From NCBI RefSeq assembly GCF_011745625.1, contig NW_027191527.1, forward strand, positions 1 through 32,277: a stretch of 32,277 bases of DNA, written 5' to 3'. Source of the DNA: Cladosporium halotolerans. Taxonomy: Eukaryota. The position numbers and the translations under genes were made by a program. This document shows positions 30,025 to 32,277 of the stretch, piece after piece (within the stretch, counting starts at the first letter, position 1; each line of letters opens with the position of its first letter). The notes under the pieces were generated by a model. It saw nothing but the letters and a program-made list of their open reading frames with translations. It did no database searches and had not been told where the DNA came from.

Positions 30025-31345
30025 AAGGGCTACAGGCCGTCTACGCTACGTACAATGTGTTTCTCCCAATCATAGAGCCCCACAGAACGGAAAATCACTC
30101 CTCTCTGGCACTCTATCTCATATAATGTGTCGGATTCTCGTGGTTAGTGGTTGGCGGGTACTCTTGAAGCTGTGTTTCTAAGAGTTCATCGTCCTATGTC
30201 CAGCGAATGAAACGGGACCTGCCGTGTGCACGAGGATTCGTAGGGTTGGTGCGGTGTATGGTGATTCGTAGGGGAAGGTCGACTGCGGATACTGAAGTCA
30301 CCGACTGCGTGTCGTTCGCCATCGCTCGATGGAGTCGTGCCCGAACTGCTTAGTTGCGAGGAGGAGATGAATAACGGCTCGCACCGCATCCATGTCCGGC
30401 TTCAAGTCCTCGGTATCTGTGGATGATCTGCCTCCACAGAGGCGTGAAAGGTTATCCGCGCCAGATCCATGCTCAATATATGCCGTTGCTCACTCCATTT
30501 CGCATAATGGAGGACGAAATGCTCTACGATTACTTATCCAGATCGCCTATTCGGCGTTCGGAGGGCAGGAAAGACGCTTCGATTATTCGTGAGAACGTGG
30601 ATGGTCTAGCCCTATACCGGCGGCGACAGATCTCCCATAGATACTACATGAGCAACCAATCCAAGACCCACCTCAATAGCAGCTAACGCTGCTGTCTATG
30701 CGCTTACCTATATATAGGAGCCCATAGTACTATAATACTCACGTCGGTTACCCTCACTGTTTATCCAGCTTACGCCGTCGATAACGCCCCCAATACCGAC
30801 TAACTGGTTCCCAGCGGAAGCGCTGTTGGCGATACGAACACCCGGCAACTATTGAGCTTACATAGTTGCCTACATAACATCGGTCGCGATACTCGCTATT
30901 CGCATTCTTAAATCCCATAGTACTGAGATATAGGGCCGAGTTATTACTAGCCTCGTTAGAGACCAGTATTAGGCCCATTCCGCTATCTTTTACATGGGCG
31001 AGACAAATCTTCTATGTGCGCGACTCCCGGTCAGTCTTATGCGAGAGTGAGTATCCGGCATGCTAAAGTAGTCGATCCATGTCTTCGCTACTTTGTGGAG
31101 GTGCCGTTCTTTAATCTTTGGAAGATTAGTTTCCGCCTCCGCCACTACGGTGCTTACTGTTCGAAAGTATCCGATCACCGCTCACCCTCCTATCTTTTGC
31201 ACTCGATTGAGCACACCATCCGCTTTGACCCCTCTTGCGTGCATCCACAGATAGGATGCGTAGTTGACCACCGGCGCCACTGGGACCGTGAAAAGCTTGT
31301 GTGTCACGGACCGCGAGAGCCCTAGCAGCCGCTTCAGGCCATGGC
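30025..31345 (-). mobile_element. Degenerate 3' part of a LINE-A-family element (LINE-C), internally deleted, with RIP-like mutations
   Basis: The minus strand matches LINE-A ~20191-21955. Examples: GYFRTVSTVVAEAETNLPKIKERH vs GCFRTVGTAVAEAEANLPTIQERH, and an exact 37-bp 3'UTR match at 30135-30171 vs 21794-21830. It is ~450 bp shorter than the LINE-A interval. Confidence 0.9.
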
Positions 31346-32180
31346 TTTTTTTTTTTTAAATCATACTTTATTCAAGCTATTGAGCTTATGACAGGTCTAG
31401 CTACTTTCTAGACGACTTCTCTGGCTCTTCCTATGCTCCCGCGTTGCCGGTTACCCTTTACAATCCTGCTCGCTGTCCCGACTTCAACAAGCCGCCACAG
31501 CTTTTGGGCGATTGGCCCTCCTACTTTCTTGTCATTCTCGTCTTCGCACTTCTTGTCCTTCCATCATCACACCGCCCCCTCATCTTCCCCTTGATCCAGT
31601 CGTTCGATGTCCCTTGAATCGATGTTCTTCGGCTCCCCCGTCATCTTCTCGCCTACTCCTGTGCTTTCAATGAAGCGAAGTACCTGTTCAACAGCGTTGT
31701 CTTGGAACAGGATCTTTGAATCTCCGTGGTCTCGTCTCTCGCTTATGGTTATCTTGTTGGAGATCAAGACCCGTAGCATCTTGTCTCTTTGTCTTCGCCA
31801 CTTCCAACACTCTAGCATGAGGTGTGCGACTGTCTGCCTGCTACTGCCGCACCACCAGCAACGTGCGTCTTGGACTTTGTCGATTCTCAGCAGGTGAACG
31901 CCTGTGACGGCATGGCCTGATTTGAGCTGTAGGTATCTCGCAGCGGTTGATTTCCTCGAGTCTTCGATGTGCTTGTTGGGTTTCGTCTGTGGATTCAACC
32001 TCTCCCTCACTGCTTGCTTTGCGTACAACAGCGACGCTGACCGCACTTCTCTGGGCTGCTGCTTAGCTGCACGTTGCGCCGCGGCGTCGGCAAACTTATA
32101 GCCTTCGTGATGGTCGCGCTTTGCGAGCCATGTCAAAGTGACCCGGCCCCCCGCGTCTTCAACTTTCGACGTGTGTTCTC
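31346..32180 (-). mobile_element. 3' end of a third LINE family (LINE-D) with poly(A) tail, inserted into or abutting LINE-C
   Basis: T12 at 31346-31357 and TTTATT at 31367-31372. ORF 32136-31567 carries the RNase H C-terminal helix (EGYKFADAAAQRA), RYLQLKSGH and CWWC...VAHLMLEC. Confidence 0.88.
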
Positions 32181-32277
32181 CAGAGAGTACACCGACAGTC
32201 CATTATGTTCATTATGTTCATTACGTCATGTCATGTTCATCATTCCGACATGATATGAACATGGATGTCTGGGAATG
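32181..32277 (+). mobile_element. Possible hAT-like terminus (CAGAGAGTAC...) with ATGTTC/CATG subterminal repeats, truncating LINE-D
   Basis: LINE-D similarity ends at ~32180. The sequence then starts with CAG and has tandem CATTATGTT plus ATGTTC/GAACAT motifs. Any partner end is outside the window. Confidence 0.45.

Noticed and set aside
1..32277. Starship/giant-element captain, Helitron, LTR retrotransposon, tRNA or rRNA genes
   Set aside because: No tyrosine recombinase, Rep/helicase, integrase/LTR pair or structured RNA gene was recognisable by eye; membership in a larger element cannot be excluded from this window alone.

Overview
Eukaryotic DNA from a filamentous ascomycete: spliceosomal GT-AG introns with CTRAY branch sites, Zn2Cys6 genes, fungal TE families and a local RIP-like signature. 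The left ~8 kb is a gene-poor host island with two short Zn2Cys6 regulators and a decayed small membrane-protein gene, and a GNAT acetyltransferase sits at ~15 kb. Most of the rest is a nested transposon cluster. It holds two hAT transposases; the second has its C-terminal domain and 3' end in the opposite orientation to its 5' part. It also holds several orphan CAG-type termini, a full-length Tad1-like LINE with a 14-bp TSD, and a second LINE split by an intact Fot1/pogo element (43-bp TIRs, TA TSD). Four further LINE remnants are present. I see no prokaryotic-type system, RNA gene or CRISPR array. The most unusual signals are the split/inverted hAT, the same-facing stack of hAT-like ends with different subterminal motifs, catalytically dead RNase H-like domains in two LINE families, an octad Q-rich repeat in LINE ORF1 and conserved LINE 3'UTR blocks. 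All alignments were done by eye; no database searches were run.
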